Source of the DNA: a virus
DNA: 64,000 bases
Reading direction: 5' to 3' (one strand)
IMG/VR virus record: IMGVR_UViG_3300037466_003065
Span: 1 to 64,000 of that record
The notes under the pieces are model-generated. The model was not told the DNA's origin, ran no database searches, and saw nothing but the letters and a program-made list of their open reading frames with translations. Shown piece after piece: positions 20,134-30,069 of this stretch. The position numbers were made by a program, and so were the translations under genes. How positions within the stretch are numbered: the first letter of the stretch is position 1; every line of letters starts with the position of its first letter.

Positions 20134-20694
20134 ATGCAGATTCGTACGAAGCAGCAGTTCTACCGCCTGTACGAACAGGGTGCGTTCGGCAACAAGCTCC
20201 GGACGTGGATGGGTGTCAACGCACTGGTTGACAGCGTGGCTAATGGCGGGTTCCACGGCACCGTCTCGGTGCGGGCCACCACGTTCGGGGGCGACAAGCT
20301 CGCCTCGTACAACGTCCCGGCGAGCGAAGCCTACCGCTTCCTCCGCAGTCGTGACGTCCACGACATGCAGCGGGTCGCCTTTAACGAATCTGCCCCCGAC
20401 CAACTACTCGTCCTGCAGGGCGAGATCCAGAACCTCGACGGTGTCCTGCACCTCCGCTACTCCCGCGTCCGGGGCAAGAAGATGCGGGACGCCATGAAGA
20501 CTGCCCTCCACAAGCGGGGCCTGGCTGCCCTCCACCTCCTCCGGGCCGTCATGGATCCCAGCAGCTTCGCCGACCTCGAGGCCCTGTGGGAGCTCTATCC
20601 CACGGCCGTCGTCGAGTTCGGCACCTACAGTCAGCCGGTGGGCTGCCTCGGCGGCGGGAGGAACAGCGTCTTCTGGGAAGTTCGGAACTACTAA
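20134..20694 (+). CDS. Hypothetical protein, 186 aa
   Basis: Clean ORF with phage codon usage, ending VFWEVRNY. No function recognised. Confidence 0.75.
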   Translation: MQIRTKQQFYRLYEQGAFGNKLRTWMGVNALVDSVANGGFHGTVSVRATTFGGDKLASYNVPASEAYRFLRSRDVHDMQRVAFNESAPDQLLVLQGEIQNLDGVLHLRYSRVRGKKMRDAMKTALHKRGLAALHLLRAVMDPSSFADLEALWELYPTAVVEFGTYSQPVGCLGGGRNSVFWEVRNY

Positions 20695-20703
20695 GGAACA
20701 CAC

Positions 20704-20904
20704 ATGCAAGAAGAACGAATGATGAAGTGGTTCGAGTTCTCCCACCTGCCGCCCCACCTCCAAGAGACGTCGGCGAGATTCCACGACCTCGCCACCCAAC
20801 TCGTGACCACGATCGCGCCGGGGCCGGAACGAACCGTCGCACTCCGCAAGCTGCTGGAGGCGAAGGACGCCGCCGTGCGGGCCAAGTTAAATCCGGGCTG
20901 CTAA
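20704..20904 (+). CDS. Small helical-hairpin protein, Acb2/Tad1-like candidate, 66 aa
   Basis: SD TAAGGA. WFEFSHLPPHLQ...PGPERTVALRKLLEAKDAAVRA is a widespread small phage protein pattern. The hairpin resembles the E-x3-A-x2-KL-x-EA motif recalled from Tad1/Acb2-hairpin proteins. Confidence 0.6.
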   Translation: MQEERMMKWFEFSHLPPHLQETSARFHDLATQLVTTIAPGPERTVALRKLLEAKDAAVRAKLNPGC

Positions 20905-20919
20905 TCCCCCCTTGATTAC
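20901..20919. promoter_or_regulatory. Palindromic operator copy CTAATC-N7-GATTAC
   Basis: CTAATC at 20901-20906 and GATTAC at 20914-20919. Overlaps the -35 of a sigma-70-like promoter. Confidence 0.65.
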
Positions 20920-20939
20920 TTTCACGTCTCCGCTAAGAT
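20912..20939 (+). promoter_or_regulatory. Sigma-70-like promoter TTGATT-N16-TAAGAT
   Basis: Near-consensus hexamers in the AT-richer gap upstream of the gene at 20967. The spacer is one base short of optimal. Confidence 0.5.
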
Positions 20940-20966
20940 GCTGCCTCCTATTCACAGGAGGATCAC

Positions 20967-21437
20967 ATGCCACTCACCCCCAAAGACGGCGCCATCGCCG
21001 TGTGCTCGGACGGCCATCTCGGCCTGGTCATCAGCGACGACCGCCACAACATGGGCTTTCCGGACGGGACGATGGGTCTCGCCTACGTCGGCATCCACCT
21101 GGGCGGGGCCCCGAAGGTCGACGGCAAGCCCACCGGACACCCCGAGAAGCAGCCCGGCAGCCCGTGGGCCAGCCGCAACCCTCGCGTCCTCGGCTACGTG
21201 GGCAGTATCGAGGACGCCTTCAAAGCCTTCTCGAAGGGCCAGAAGAAGACGACCTGGCAGGACGAACTGAAGGATCTGGTCGACTTCAGGGACATGGAGC
21301 CGGGGTGGGAGGCCGACTTCGTCAGTGCGATGGCCGACCGCCTGATCGCCAAGGGCCCGTTCAGCGATAACATGATCTCGAAGATCCACGAGCTCTGGAA
21401 CCGCTACTTCGGCGGCAACCGATCTTTCGTTTCCTAA
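20967..21437 (+). CDS. Hypothetical two-domain protein, 156 aa
   Basis: SD AGGAGG. N-terminal beta-rich part (CSDGHLGLVI...AYVGIHL...PWASRNP) and a C-terminal helical part (WEADFVSAM...KIHELWNRYF). Confidence 0.75.
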   Translation: MPLTPKDGAIAVCSDGHLGLVISDDRHNMGFPDGTMGLAYVGIHLGGAPKVDGKPTGHPEKQPGSPWASRNPRVLGYVGSIEDAFKAFSKGQKKTTWQDELKDLVDFRDMEPGWEADFVSAMADRLIAKGPFSDNMISKIHELWNRYFGGNRSFVS

Positions 21438-21462
21438 AGTTCGAATCCGGGCCGGCCGACCT
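21434..21462 (+). promoter_or_regulatory. Sigma-28/WhiG-type promoter candidate CTAAAGTT...GCCGACCT (TAAA-N16-GCCGA)
   Basis: TAAA at 21435-21438 (extended TAAAGTT), a 16-nt spacer, GCCGACCT at 21455-21462. The predicted +1 near 21470 falls just ahead of SD AAGGAG (21471-21476). Confidence 0.65.
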
Positions 21463-21483
21463 CATACGAAAAGGAGTCTTCGT

Positions 21484-21735
21484 ATGAGCGATCAACAGCA
21501 GCCCCAGATCCACCCGCCCGCGCCCGCGGTGAATCCCCTGATCAAGCCCGGCGCCCTTGCCGCCCAGTTCAAGGTCACCCTGACGACCCTCCGCAACTGG
21601 GAGAATCGCGGGCTGATTCCGCCGGCCATTCGTAAGGATGGCGGGCATCGCCGATACACCAATGATCACGTGGTGGCGATCCAGAAGTACCTCGGCCAGG
21701 CGGTTGAGGAGGCCGCCCCGTCCGAACCGAGGTAA
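21484..21735 (+). CDS. Stand-alone MerR-family HTH DNA-binding protein, 83 aa
   Basis: IKPGALAAQFKVTLTTLRNWENRGLIPPAIRKDGGHRRYT is a MerR-type winged HTH. There is no effector domain. Strong SD. Confidence 0.85.
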   Translation: MSDQQQPQIHPPAPAVNPLIKPGALAAQFKVTLTTLRNWENRGLIPPAIRKDGGHRRYTNDHVVAIQKYLGQAVEEAAPSEPR

Positions 21736-21738
21736 ACC

Positions 21739-24700
21739 GTGTCCGACAGCTACCCGCCGGCCCCGCAGCACAACAGCTTCAAGCTCCCCAACGCGTTCTG
21801 GCCGGACGGGTCTGCGTTCCAGTACGACCTGCCCCCGATGACCGTGATCCGCATGGACACGGTGATCGGGGAGTTTGGCGTTGGTAGCGAGGACGAGGAC
21901 GGCATCTACACCCTTCCCCGCCTGCCCCGCAACCAGTGGAACGGTGTATTCAACGGGTGGTCGAACTGGGCCCAGAAGTTCCAGAAGGACTGGCGGTTCG
22001 GCGCCATGTCCGACGAGAACGCCCTCGCCCAGCTCTTCCCCGAGACCTACGACCCGTGGATGTTCACGGAGTACGTGTTCAACGGGGCGGCCCGCGACAG
22101 CGATCTCCCCACCCAGTCCGCACAGGACGTCTCGATCGTCGCCCCGCCCCTGATCGTGCCGGCCGTGACCCGCACGTACACCGTCGTCGACGGCGCCAAG
22201 GTGCTCGACTCGACGACGCCCGCCTTCTACAACGACCCGTCCACCACCGTCGTCCCCAGCGAGCACGAGGTAGTGTGGGAACTGGAGGAGGAGTGGGTCT
22301 CGACCGCCTCCGGCAAGCACTACTGGACGAGCGAGCTCGCGGCCATGAGCTGGCTGGAGCCGGAGACGGAGAACCGGGACTTCACCAAGTTCCCGTCCCC
22401 CGAGAGCCCCAACAAGCGGCGGGTCATCAAGCAGGCCGTCGAGAAGGTCAACTCGGGCGTCCGGCTCTACCGGCTGCCGGTGTGGTCGGAGTCGACGCGG
22501 TGGGGCGAGAGCCAGAACATCCCCGAGCGGATCGTGAACATGACCGCCCCGCGGGAGTACGTCCGGCCGGACGGCCTCTTCACCGGCCGCATCGTTCCGC
22601 ACGTCACGATCGAGTGGGGCATCCCGCTCTATGACAACCTCACGAAGTCGCAGGTCGGCCAACAGCGGGTCATCAAGTACGACTTCTACGCCGAGGGTTT
22701 CGGCTCCAAGAACACCCGCATCGCCCTGTGGGACACCGCCGTCTCCGGCGTGAACGGCCAGCCCGACGCCGTGTTCACCTACGCCCCGCTCCCGCCCGCC
22801 GACACGAGCACGGGCGACCAGATCCTGCTCCCCAAGAACTCGCTCGAGCAGGTTCGCCTCGGCGCCGCCCCGTACGGCGACGGCGACCTGATCCACCGCG
22901 GGTGCCAGTTCTGGAAGGGGAGCGTCGAGGGCGGGGTCGGCAAGTGCCAGTGCACGTACTTCACCCAGTTCCAGTCGCAGTTCCAAGTCCAAGCGAGCCA
23001 AGATGAGGTCTATAACGCCGACGTCGAAGTCCCCACGATTCCCGTTGCACCCTTCCTGGATAGTCAGGAGGAACTGGAGGTTGTGTACGAGACTGGGTCT
23101 GTGCAGGTCAACGTCTTGGACGCCGGGAAGGCGGTATCTTACGTCAAGAGCGGCCAGCAGGTAACCGCGATCCGCATCACGCAGGCGAACGGGTCACCGG
23201 CCTACACGCTCCGGCCCCTCGGCAGCGGCGGGTTCGTCGCCAGCCCCGGATCGAGCGCGACGCTCCACATCCGCCGCTGGCGGATCGCCCGCCCGATGCC
23301 GCACAAGACGCTGTGCGCGATGTACGACGGCCCCACCGAGGCCCAGCCGAACGTCGACCCCAAGCAGCGGTACTTCGCGGCCGGCGGCAAGTGCTCGTTC
23401 TACACCCCGGTCGGCCGCCGCGTCGTCGCGTCCTACTCGATGCAGGCCAGCAACGGCGCCGAGTGGGCGAACATGCAGCGGAACGTGCCGCCCGGGTACA
23501 AGAAGGCGTGGTACGAGACCGGCACCGGCCAGTCCATGATGGACATGGCGGGCCTCGGCGGCGGGTTCGGCGTCGTGACCGGCCTCGGGTTCGCCTACGG
23601 CCAGAACGTCCAGACGCCCGACGCGTTCACCGGCGGCCTCCCACAGGAAGACTTCCAGCGGGTCAGTGTCGAGTACGTGCCCGAGATCGTCAGCCTCGCC
23701 GGCAAGTCGACCTACTACGCCACGTCGGACGGCAAGCCGCACGGCCAAGACCCGGAGAACGACATCCGCGTCCGGCCGGCGAGCGGCTTCAACATGATCG
23801 ACTTCAAGGAGCAGCAGCCGTACCCGGGGGTGGACACCGTCTTCTTCGCGATGGTGAACCAGAACAACTACCGACTCACCCGCAACGTGATGCACTGCTA
23901 CAACCAGTCGCGGTGCAACAAGATCATCAACTCGCCCGGCTCCAACGTCGGCTGGTCGCGGGGCCGCTACTCGGCCGTCAACTTCACGAACCACGAGCTG
24001 CGGATGCCCGGATACCCGGGCGTCGACGGCACCGACAGCCAGTGCCACTACGGCGACCACCAGTGCCCGTTCATGCGGGTCGACCGCCGCGGGGTCGAAT
24101 ACAACGAGAACTACAAGGTGCTCCGGCTCGAGATCCTGATCCCGTTCCGGATCAACGGCATCGCCGGCTTCGAGCAGCAGAGCATCCAGGAGGCGTTCAT
24201 CCACCCGACGACCGGCAAGGTCGTGTCGGTCACCCAGGCCCAGATGGAGGCGGGCGGCGTGCTCGCCGGCGCGATCTGTGTCGGCGTCCGTCCGGAGCCC
24301 GGCACGCCGCCCGCCGCGGTGCCCGTCCTCGGCCACTGGCAGCCCGTCCTCACCGACGACAACGGCCAGAAGTGGCGGGTCTACTTCTACTACGACCGCC
24401 CGAGCTGGGATCCCAAGCACACGCAGTCCCGCGTGTCGGCCCACATCGTGCAGTTCGACGACAAGGATCAGCCCGTCTACACGAAGATCCCCGCCGCCCT
24501 GCAGGCGTTCGCGCTCGCCGCGTACGGGCAGACGAACAAGATCCCGTGGAACGTCGAGATCCTCGACGACTACAAGGAGCCGGCGGGCAACGCGGTCTAC
24601 CCGACCAACAACGCGGCGTTCGCGGGCGGTCGCCACCCCGAGTACAAGGATCACTCCAAGCGGGGCCGCCAGATCATCGGCAAGGACGGCGGGTACACCG

Positions 24701-27700
24701 ACATGAGCTTCCGCGAGGGGGCGACGCCGACCAATCAGTTCGGCGGCCCGGGGTGGAACACGGCGCCGGTGGCCGGCGTCATGAAGCGGGGGTACTGGAC
24801 GCAGCGGTACGGCGAGTGGATCCTCGACGGCCGCCCGATCGACACGACGGGCAACTACGTCCCCGCCCGCCCGCGGATGCGGAACAAGCCCGCCTCGTAC
24901 GCCGACCGCACGCCGATCGACGGCGAGCCGCGGGACACGATCGTCAAGGACGGGGCGGCGGCCGGCGACCCGGGCGACTGGGCCCTGGTCGGGCACACCT
25001 ACTCGAACGACACCAAGGCGTACCTCGCGTTCCTGGAGACGGTCTGGGACAACGACCTCCCCGACGACCCGAACAGTGACGAGCCGGGGACGAAGCTGCG
25101 GATCATCCCGCCCAACCCCGCCCAGCAGTGGCTCCCGCGCGAGCGGTTCTGGTTCCAGTGCGACAAGTGCGGCATCGACTTCTCCGAGGAGGAGGTCAAT
25201 GTCATGGCCGACCTGAAGTACGCGGACAACTCGCCCGTGTACCCACTCCCGGCCGGCACGACCGGCCCGACCGGCAAGGCCGCCGGCGCCGCGGCGTGCG
25301 GCTGCCCCCGTCGCGATGGCGGTGTCGTGCGGATGGTCGGCCCCTACGACCACTTCATGAAGTGCTACTCGCGGGGCACCGTCGACATTTGGGCGCCGCC
25401 CGGCACCACGGTCAAGCACGACGCCTTCTTCTGGAAGGCCCCGGCCATGGTCACGCGGGTGGAGCACGACCAGCTCCTCCGCAAGCTCGGCATGTACCAC
25501 GCCACGGGCGGCGGCTACAGCTTCGCCGGCCTCACCCCGTCCCTCGACCAGTTGGGTCGCCTGCCCACGACCTACGCCCGCGGCTACCAGCCCGGCATTG
25601 ACCGCCAGTTGGTCGCCCCGTGGGCCGGCCCGGGCGACACGGTGGCGACCGTCCGCACACGACTGACGCCCGTGTACGGCCTCACGCCGGCCGACAAGGC
25701 GATCCTTCAGCGGGCCGACCAATCCGCCCCCGCGATCGTCGTCGACGAGGCTGGCACCACCATGGCGACCGGGGACATCTTGAACTTCTGGCGAACCGTC
25801 GAGGGCGACCAGGGATACCGGATCGGCCTCCCGATCGGCGCCACCACCCCCGCCCCGGACGCCGTGCTCGCCGAGACGCTCGTGACGGCCGACGAAGTCC
25901 GCCCGGTGCGGTCGGACTTCGCCGCCGGCTACCTCGGCGAGCGGCAGTTCCAGGATCGCCTGCAGTCGTGGCTGATCGGCGTCGTCCTCGGCAGCCTCCA
26001 GAACTGGAGCAGCTCGATCTACGCCCAGAAGAACCTGCTCGCCGACTCGCTGTCGGCCCGCGGCATCAACCCCGACGCCGCCCGGCCGATCGACCCCAAG
26101 ACGGGCGACCTGATCGACATCGACGAGCGGCTGCTGTCGCCGTACAGCGTCAGCGAGTCGACCGGCCTGCACATGGTCACGGCCCCGCACATGAAGCGGC
26201 TCCGCAACCGCGTGCTGCCGATGCTGGCGTACGACCTGACGATAGAGACGTACAAGGCCGGCGGCGACTTCACCGACCGCGCCCATCTCGGCAACCTCAA
26301 GCGGTTCGGCGAGCAGAAGAAGCCGTTCGCCTACCCCAAGCTCGGCACGATCATCCCGCAGGTGATGGCCGCCACCGAGACCGGCAAGGACTCCTACTTC
26401 GAGTGGGAGGTCGGCGACGTCGAGGGCACGAAGGCCCGGGCGTACAACCCGACCGGCACGACCTGGTGGCGGATGAACCAGCGGGCCGGCCAGATCAAGC
26501 GGAGCGGCGGCACCAACCAGCTCCACCTCGACGACGCGACCAAGAACCCGGACGGGACGTACGCGTGGGACGGGTACACGGGCGACACGATCACGTCGTG
26601 CGTGACCTACTTCATCCACGGCCGCCTGCCCATGGACAAGGAGATCGTCCGTGCCTTCCTCGTCTACGAAGCCCAAGACCCGCCCTCCTACGAAGCGATC
26701 GGCTGCCAGGGGCAGTACACCGGGTTCGTCGGGACGCGGGACTTCTACGACCCGAGCCAGATCAATAACCTCGAGTACGCGGGGCACAGCTTCTGCTTCT
26801 GGCAGCACTATCACCCTTTTACTACGAACCATGAGGGTGACGATCCTCGCCCGTACTACGGGTTCTTCGCGTACAAGCACGTCACGTACGGGCACTCGCA
26901 CCCGGACTGGTTCAAAGACCACGGGACGATGACCAATACGGAGACGCCGTGGCTCATGAGCGAGCCGGACGACATGGTCGTCTTCACGCAGGCGTTCACG
27001 GGCATCGACCTGAAGGACTATGCGCCGTTCGTGGCCGACGACTCGGACGCCACCTACGCCAAGCAGGTGGCCCTCCTCGGCCACAACTACGCCGACAGCT
27101 CGCTCGGGTGGAACGTCCAGCAGGACGCCCTCAAGCCGTGGGCATGGGGCCAGCCGCTCCAGCAGAACAAGACCGAGTACCAGAACTGGAAGGAGGTCAG
27201 CTACCAGACGTTCGGCACGCTGGAGGATCGGTACGCGGTTCGGATCCGTGCGGCCGTCAACACGATCGAGGCGGTGCAGACCGGCAGCTACGTCGGTGCC
27301 GATTTCCGGGGCCTGATCAACGAACGGCTCCGGCAGCCGATCTCGGGCTGGCTGAACATGACTGGGTACGACACGTCCGGCATGTTCAACAAGTACGTCC
27401 CGCTGGTCGAAAAGACGTCGGACTTCTCCCCGCCCGAGCCGCAGGAGGAGAACCCGCACAGCACCACGGCGACCGGCGGCAACGGCAAGAACCAGGCCGG
27501 CCAGACGAAGCGGGTCATCGACATCACGAAGATCTTACAGAAGGTCTATAACGACCGCGTCGACCGCTTCTACACCGTCCAGTTCGGGGCCAGGTACGAC
27601 GACCTCTTCAACCTCGTCAAGGGCCGCACGGACACCAACCTCGGCCTCATCTCCCGCTTCCACCAGGACGCCGGCGACGAGATCCCGTGGTACGACTGGA

Positions 27701-30060
27701 ACTACCGGTACATGAAGCTCGGCGCCGGCATGTGGCTGAGCGACCCGTTCCACCACCCGCCGCTCGTCAACGGGGCCCCGGCCACCGGCAACGCGGACGG
27801 CGACCCGATCATCCAGGCCGCGGAGGATCGCCAGGCCCGGGTGGAGGCCGTCACGGACTGGGACAAGCAGGGGAAGTCCGAGGGCGACCCGGAGTACCTC
27901 CGGTACCACCCGTTCTCACTGTGCCGTACGCTGCCGGCCCCCGACACCTTCATGATCGACCCCGGCTCGTCCGGCACCACCGGCAGCTCCACGTCGGTCA
28001 AGCCCGTGCCGGCCGACGATTCCAGCTATTACTGGCGGGTGGTCGACGACCAGTTCTTCCCGCAGTCGTTCGCCGTTGACCTGCTCCAGACGCCGTACGA
28101 GAACACCCGCCGGCCGTGGCGGTACAACCCGCCGTCGATCGACGCGTCGAACGCGATCTGCACCAACAAGACCGGGTGCTTCGTCGCCCAGAACAACTGG
28201 ACGGTCGCCCAGTTCTACGCCCAGGCCACGACGACATGGGGGCTCGGCGTGATCCCGAGCATCCACTCGAAGACGTGTGCGATGTGCCACACGCCGCTGC
28301 CGGTCGACCAGATCCAGTTCGTCGACGGCGACAGTATCCTGACCGTGTACTACGATGACAACTTCGTCGCCGACTCCCTGGTCAACGCCGTCGAGGTCGA
28401 CGTTGTGCACGCGACGTGGAACCCGACCGTGCGGCACGGGTTCGAGGTCGAATACTGGAACTCGCAGGTGCAGCAGTGGCGGTCGCTGTTCGCGGTCACC
28501 TACGACAACGCGCAGGCCAAGTTCGTCTGGCAGGAATGGAACGGCTCTGCGTGGGCGTCCGTCTCGTCCACCGTCCTGCCCACCATCTTCAAGGGGTGCG
28601 AGGGCATCAATGGCAATCCACGTAATACCGCTACAGCGATCGGGTCACACTTCACGCTCGTGGCAGCCCAAAAGCTACGACTACGGGTCAACCGCCCTGC
28701 GGTCGTGTCGCGGCTTGACCCACTTCTCGGTTTCGGAGCCTGCACTCCCAACCCCGCCACCCGCTCCGTGGCAGTCGTCAACCTCACCGAGGTTGCCTCC
28801 ACTTACGTCAATCGCCCCATCACTCTCAAGACCGCGACGGGGCAGACGTTCGACACGACGATCACTTCCGTGGCAGGGAGCGCGGGCAACTACACGCTGA
28901 CCGTACAGGGCGAGGTGTCGGCCGACCACACCCAGTACCAGATCGTGTGGAAGGACTACGTCAGTCGCGTCACCAAGTTCCGCGTCTACGGCTACCCGTA
29001 CCGCCCGGGCGAGGTCGTGATCACGCCGCCGGGCCAGGTGCAGGCGTCGATCCTCACGCAGGGCCTCGACGGCGTCCGGCTCGACTCGAATCCGTCGCAG
29101 ATCAGCCGCGTCACCGTCCTGGTCGGCGACTCGGAGCCCGTGACGATGACCGAGGTCGACTACGGGAACACCACCTTCGTCTGGACGATTACGCAGGACA
29201 CCTACGACGGGCGTACGTACAAGCGGATCACCGCCGGGAAGTGGTACTACGACTTCGACCAGAATCGCGTCGTCCTGCCGACACAGTTCGTCGACCAGTA
29301 CGACGGGAACAAGCTGAAGAACATCTGGGATCTGAACCTGGAGCTGTACAACACGGCCACCAACCCGCTTCCGGTCAAGACGCTTCCCTCATCGCTCTTC
29401 GTCGAGTACCTCGTCGGCCTCGGGGTTCCCGTGGACGTCGACGCCGCCGCCTTCGGCCCCGGCCCGAGCTATCAGCTCGAGCGCGAGGCGATCCGGTTCA
29501 TCGCCGGCCACAGCGACAACGACACGGTCAACGCCCCGGGCCCGTTCGACCCCATGCCCTCCATGGGCGACTCGGTGCGGCTGAAGAACAACGACGGCAA
29601 CCGGATCCCGATGAAGTGGCACGTCTACAACCACGACCCGATGACGTGGCAAACGTCCGTGGCGTGGCTGGTCGGCGACGAGCTGGGTGCCGGCGAGTGG
29701 GATGATAACTCCATGCTGGGCGTCTTCAGCGGCAAGCGCGGGCCCGACATGTCGAACCTCGGCCCCGGTGCCGCCCTCGGCGGCAAGGCGGCGGGTACGG
29801 TGACCTTCTACGGGTCGTCCAGCACGATTCTGTCAGGACAGGCGATGGTGTACGCGAAAGCAAACACCACGACCACCTACAACCTGCCTACGGGCGAGTC
29901 GGTGACGATCCGGGAGCGAACCGGCGGGTACCGGGGAGGGGCCTTTGTCTTTCGGCTCGAAGTTGCCGATGTAGTCACAGGCAAGCGGACGGGCATCTCC
30001 TGTCCCGTGCCGAAGGTTCTCGTCTACGCACGGGAACGGAACTTTGACGAGCTGATTTAG
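21739..30060 (+). CDS. Giant putative virion (baseplate/tail) protein with multiple Cys clusters, 2773 aa
   Basis: GTG 3 nt after the upstream stop, SD GAGGT. Rich in W/Y/G/P/T. Cys pairs include CQC, CYNQSRC, CHYGDHQC, CDKCG (25159), CGCP (25297), CTNKTGC (28159) and CAMCH (28276). Structural role by synteny. Confidence 0.75.
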   Translation: MSDSYPPAPQHNSFKLPNAFWPDGSAFQYDLPPMTVIRMDTVIGEFGVGSEDEDGIYTLPRLPRNQWNGVFNGWSNWAQKFQKDWRFGAMSDENALAQLFPETYDPWMFTEYVFNGAARDSDLPTQSAQDVSIVAPPLIVPAVTRTYTVVDGAKVLDSTTPAFYNDPSTTVVPSEHEVVWELEEEWVSTASGKHYWTSELAAMSWLEPETENRDFTKFPSPESPNKRRVIKQAVEKVNSGVRLYRLPVWSESTRWGESQNIPERIVNMTAPREYVRPDGLFTGRIVPHVTIEWGIPLYDNLTKSQVGQQRVIKYDFYAEGFGSKNTRIALWDTAVSGVNGQPDAVFTYAPLPPADTSTGDQILLPKNSLEQVRLGAAPYGDGDLIHRGCQFWKGSVEGGVGKCQCTYFTQFQSQFQVQASQDEVYNADVEVPTIPVAPFLDSQEELEVVYETGSVQVNVLDAGKAVSYVKSGQQVTAIRITQANGSPAYTLRPLGSGGFVASPGSSATLHIRRWRIARPMPHKTLCAMYDGPTEAQPNVDPKQRYFAAGGKCSFYTPVGRRVVASYSMQASNGAEWANMQRNVPPGYKKAWYETGTGQSMMDMAGLGGGFGVVTGLGFAYGQNVQTPDAFTGGLPQEDFQRVSVEYVPEIVSLAGKSTYYATSDGKPHGQDPENDIRVRPASGFNMIDFKEQQPYPGVDTVFFAMVNQNNYRLTRNVMHCYNQSRCNKIINSPGSNVGWSRGRYSAVNFTNHELRMPGYPGVDGTDSQCHYGDHQCPFMRVDRRGVEYNENYKVLRLEILIPFRINGIAGFEQQSIQEAFIHPTTGKVVSVTQAQMEAGGVLAGAICVGVRPEPGTPPAAVPVLGHWQPVLTDDNGQKWRVYFYYDRPSWDPKHTQSRVSAHIVQFDDKDQPVYTKIPAALQAFALAAYGQTNKIPWNVEILDDYKEPAGNAVYPTNNAAFAGGRHPEYKDHSKRGRQIIGKDGGYTDMSFREGATPTNQFGGPGWNTAPVAGVMKRGYWTQRYGEWILDGRPIDTTGNYVPARPRMRNKPASYADRTPIDGEPRDTIVKDGAAAGDPGDWALVGHTYSNDTKAYLAFLETVWDNDLPDDPNSDEPGTKLRIIPPNPAQQWLPRERFWFQCDKCGIDFSEEEVNVMADLKYADNSPVYPLPAGTTGPTGKAAGAAACGCPRRDGGVVRMVGPYDHFMKCYSRGTVDIWAPPGTTVKHDAFFWKAPAMVTRVEHDQLLRKLGMYHATGGGYSFAGLTPSLDQLGRLPTTYARGYQPGIDRQLVAPWAGPGDTVATVRTRLTPVYGLTPADKAILQRADQSAPAIVVDEAGTTMATGDILNFWRTVEGDQGYRIGLPIGATTPAPDAVLAETLVTADEVRPVRSDFAAGYLGERQFQDRLQSWLIGVVLGSLQNWSSSIYAQKNLLADSLSARGINPDAARPIDPKTGDLIDIDERLLSPYSVSESTGLHMVTAPHMKRLRNRVLPMLAYDLTIETYKAGGDFTDRAHLGNLKRFGEQKKPFAYPKLGTIIPQVMAATETGKDSYFEWEVGDVEGTKARAYNPTGTTWWRMNQRAGQIKRSGGTNQLHLDDATKNPDGTYAWDGYTGDTITSCVTYFIHGRLPMDKEIVRAFLVYEAQDPPSYEAIGCQGQYTGFVGTRDFYDPSQINNLEYAGHSFCFWQHYHPFTTNHEGDDPRPYYGFFAYKHVTYGHSHPDWFKDHGTMTNTETPWLMSEPDDMVVFTQAFTGIDLKDYAPFVADDSDATYAKQVALLGHNYADSSLGWNVQQDALKPWAWGQPLQQNKTEYQNWKEVSYQTFGTLEDRYAVRIRAAVNTIEAVQTGSYVGADFRGLINERLRQPISGWLNMTGYDTSGMFNKYVPLVEKTSDFSPPEPQEENPHSTTATGGNGKNQAGQTKRVIDITKILQKVYNDRVDRFYTVQFGARYDDLFNLVKGRTDTNLGLISRFHQDAGDEIPWYDWNYRYMKLGAGMWLSDPFHHPPLVNGAPATGNADGDPIIQAAEDRQARVEAVTDWDKQGKSEGDPEYLRYHPFSLCRTLPAPDTFMIDPGSSGTTGSSTSVKPVPADDSSYYWRVVDDQFFPQSFAVDLLQTPYENTRRPWRYNPPSIDASNAICTNKTGCFVAQNNWTVAQFYAQATTTWGLGVIPSIHSKTCAMCHTPLPVDQIQFVDGDSILTVYYDDNFVADSLVNAVEVDVVHATWNPTVRHGFEVEYWNSQVQQWRSLFAVTYDNAQAKFVWQEWNGSAWASVSSTVLPTIFKGCEGINGNPRNTATAIGSHFTLVAAQKLRLRVNRPAVVSRLDPLLGFGACTPNPATRSVAVVNLTEVASTYVNRPITLKTATGQTFDTTITSVAGSAGNYTLTVQGEVSADHTQYQIVWKDYVSRVTKFRVYGYPYRPGEVVITPPGQVQASILTQGLDGVRLDSNPSQISRVTVLVGDSEPVTMTEVDYGNTTFVWTITQDTYDGRTYKRITAGKWYYDFDQNRVVLPTQFVDQYDGNKLKNIWDLNLELYNTATNPLPVKTLPSSLFVEYLVGLGVPVDVDAAAFGPGPSYQLEREAIRFIAGHSDNDTVNAPGPFDPMPSMGDSVRLKNNDGNRIPMKWHVYNHDPMTWQTSVAWLVGDELGAGEWDDNSMLGVFSGKRGPDMSNLGPGAALGGKAAGTVTFYGSSSTILSGQAMVYAKANTTTTYNLPTGESVTIRERTGGYRGGAFVFRLEVADVVTGKRTGISCPVPKVLVYARERNFDELI

Positions 30061-30069
30061 GAGTTTGGA

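Noticed and set aside
20120-20136. ACCGATAG-N6-ATG as a fifth sigma-28 promoter
   Set aside because: The first base and the spacing differ, there is no -35, and the sequence is explained by the upstream gene's last codons and stop.
21439-21448. GTTCGAATCC resembling a tRNA T-loop
   Set aside because: The flanks (TAAAG / CCGGG) cannot form the T-stem and no cloverleaf is visible. The site is better explained as a promoter spacer. No tRNA was recognised anywhere in the window.
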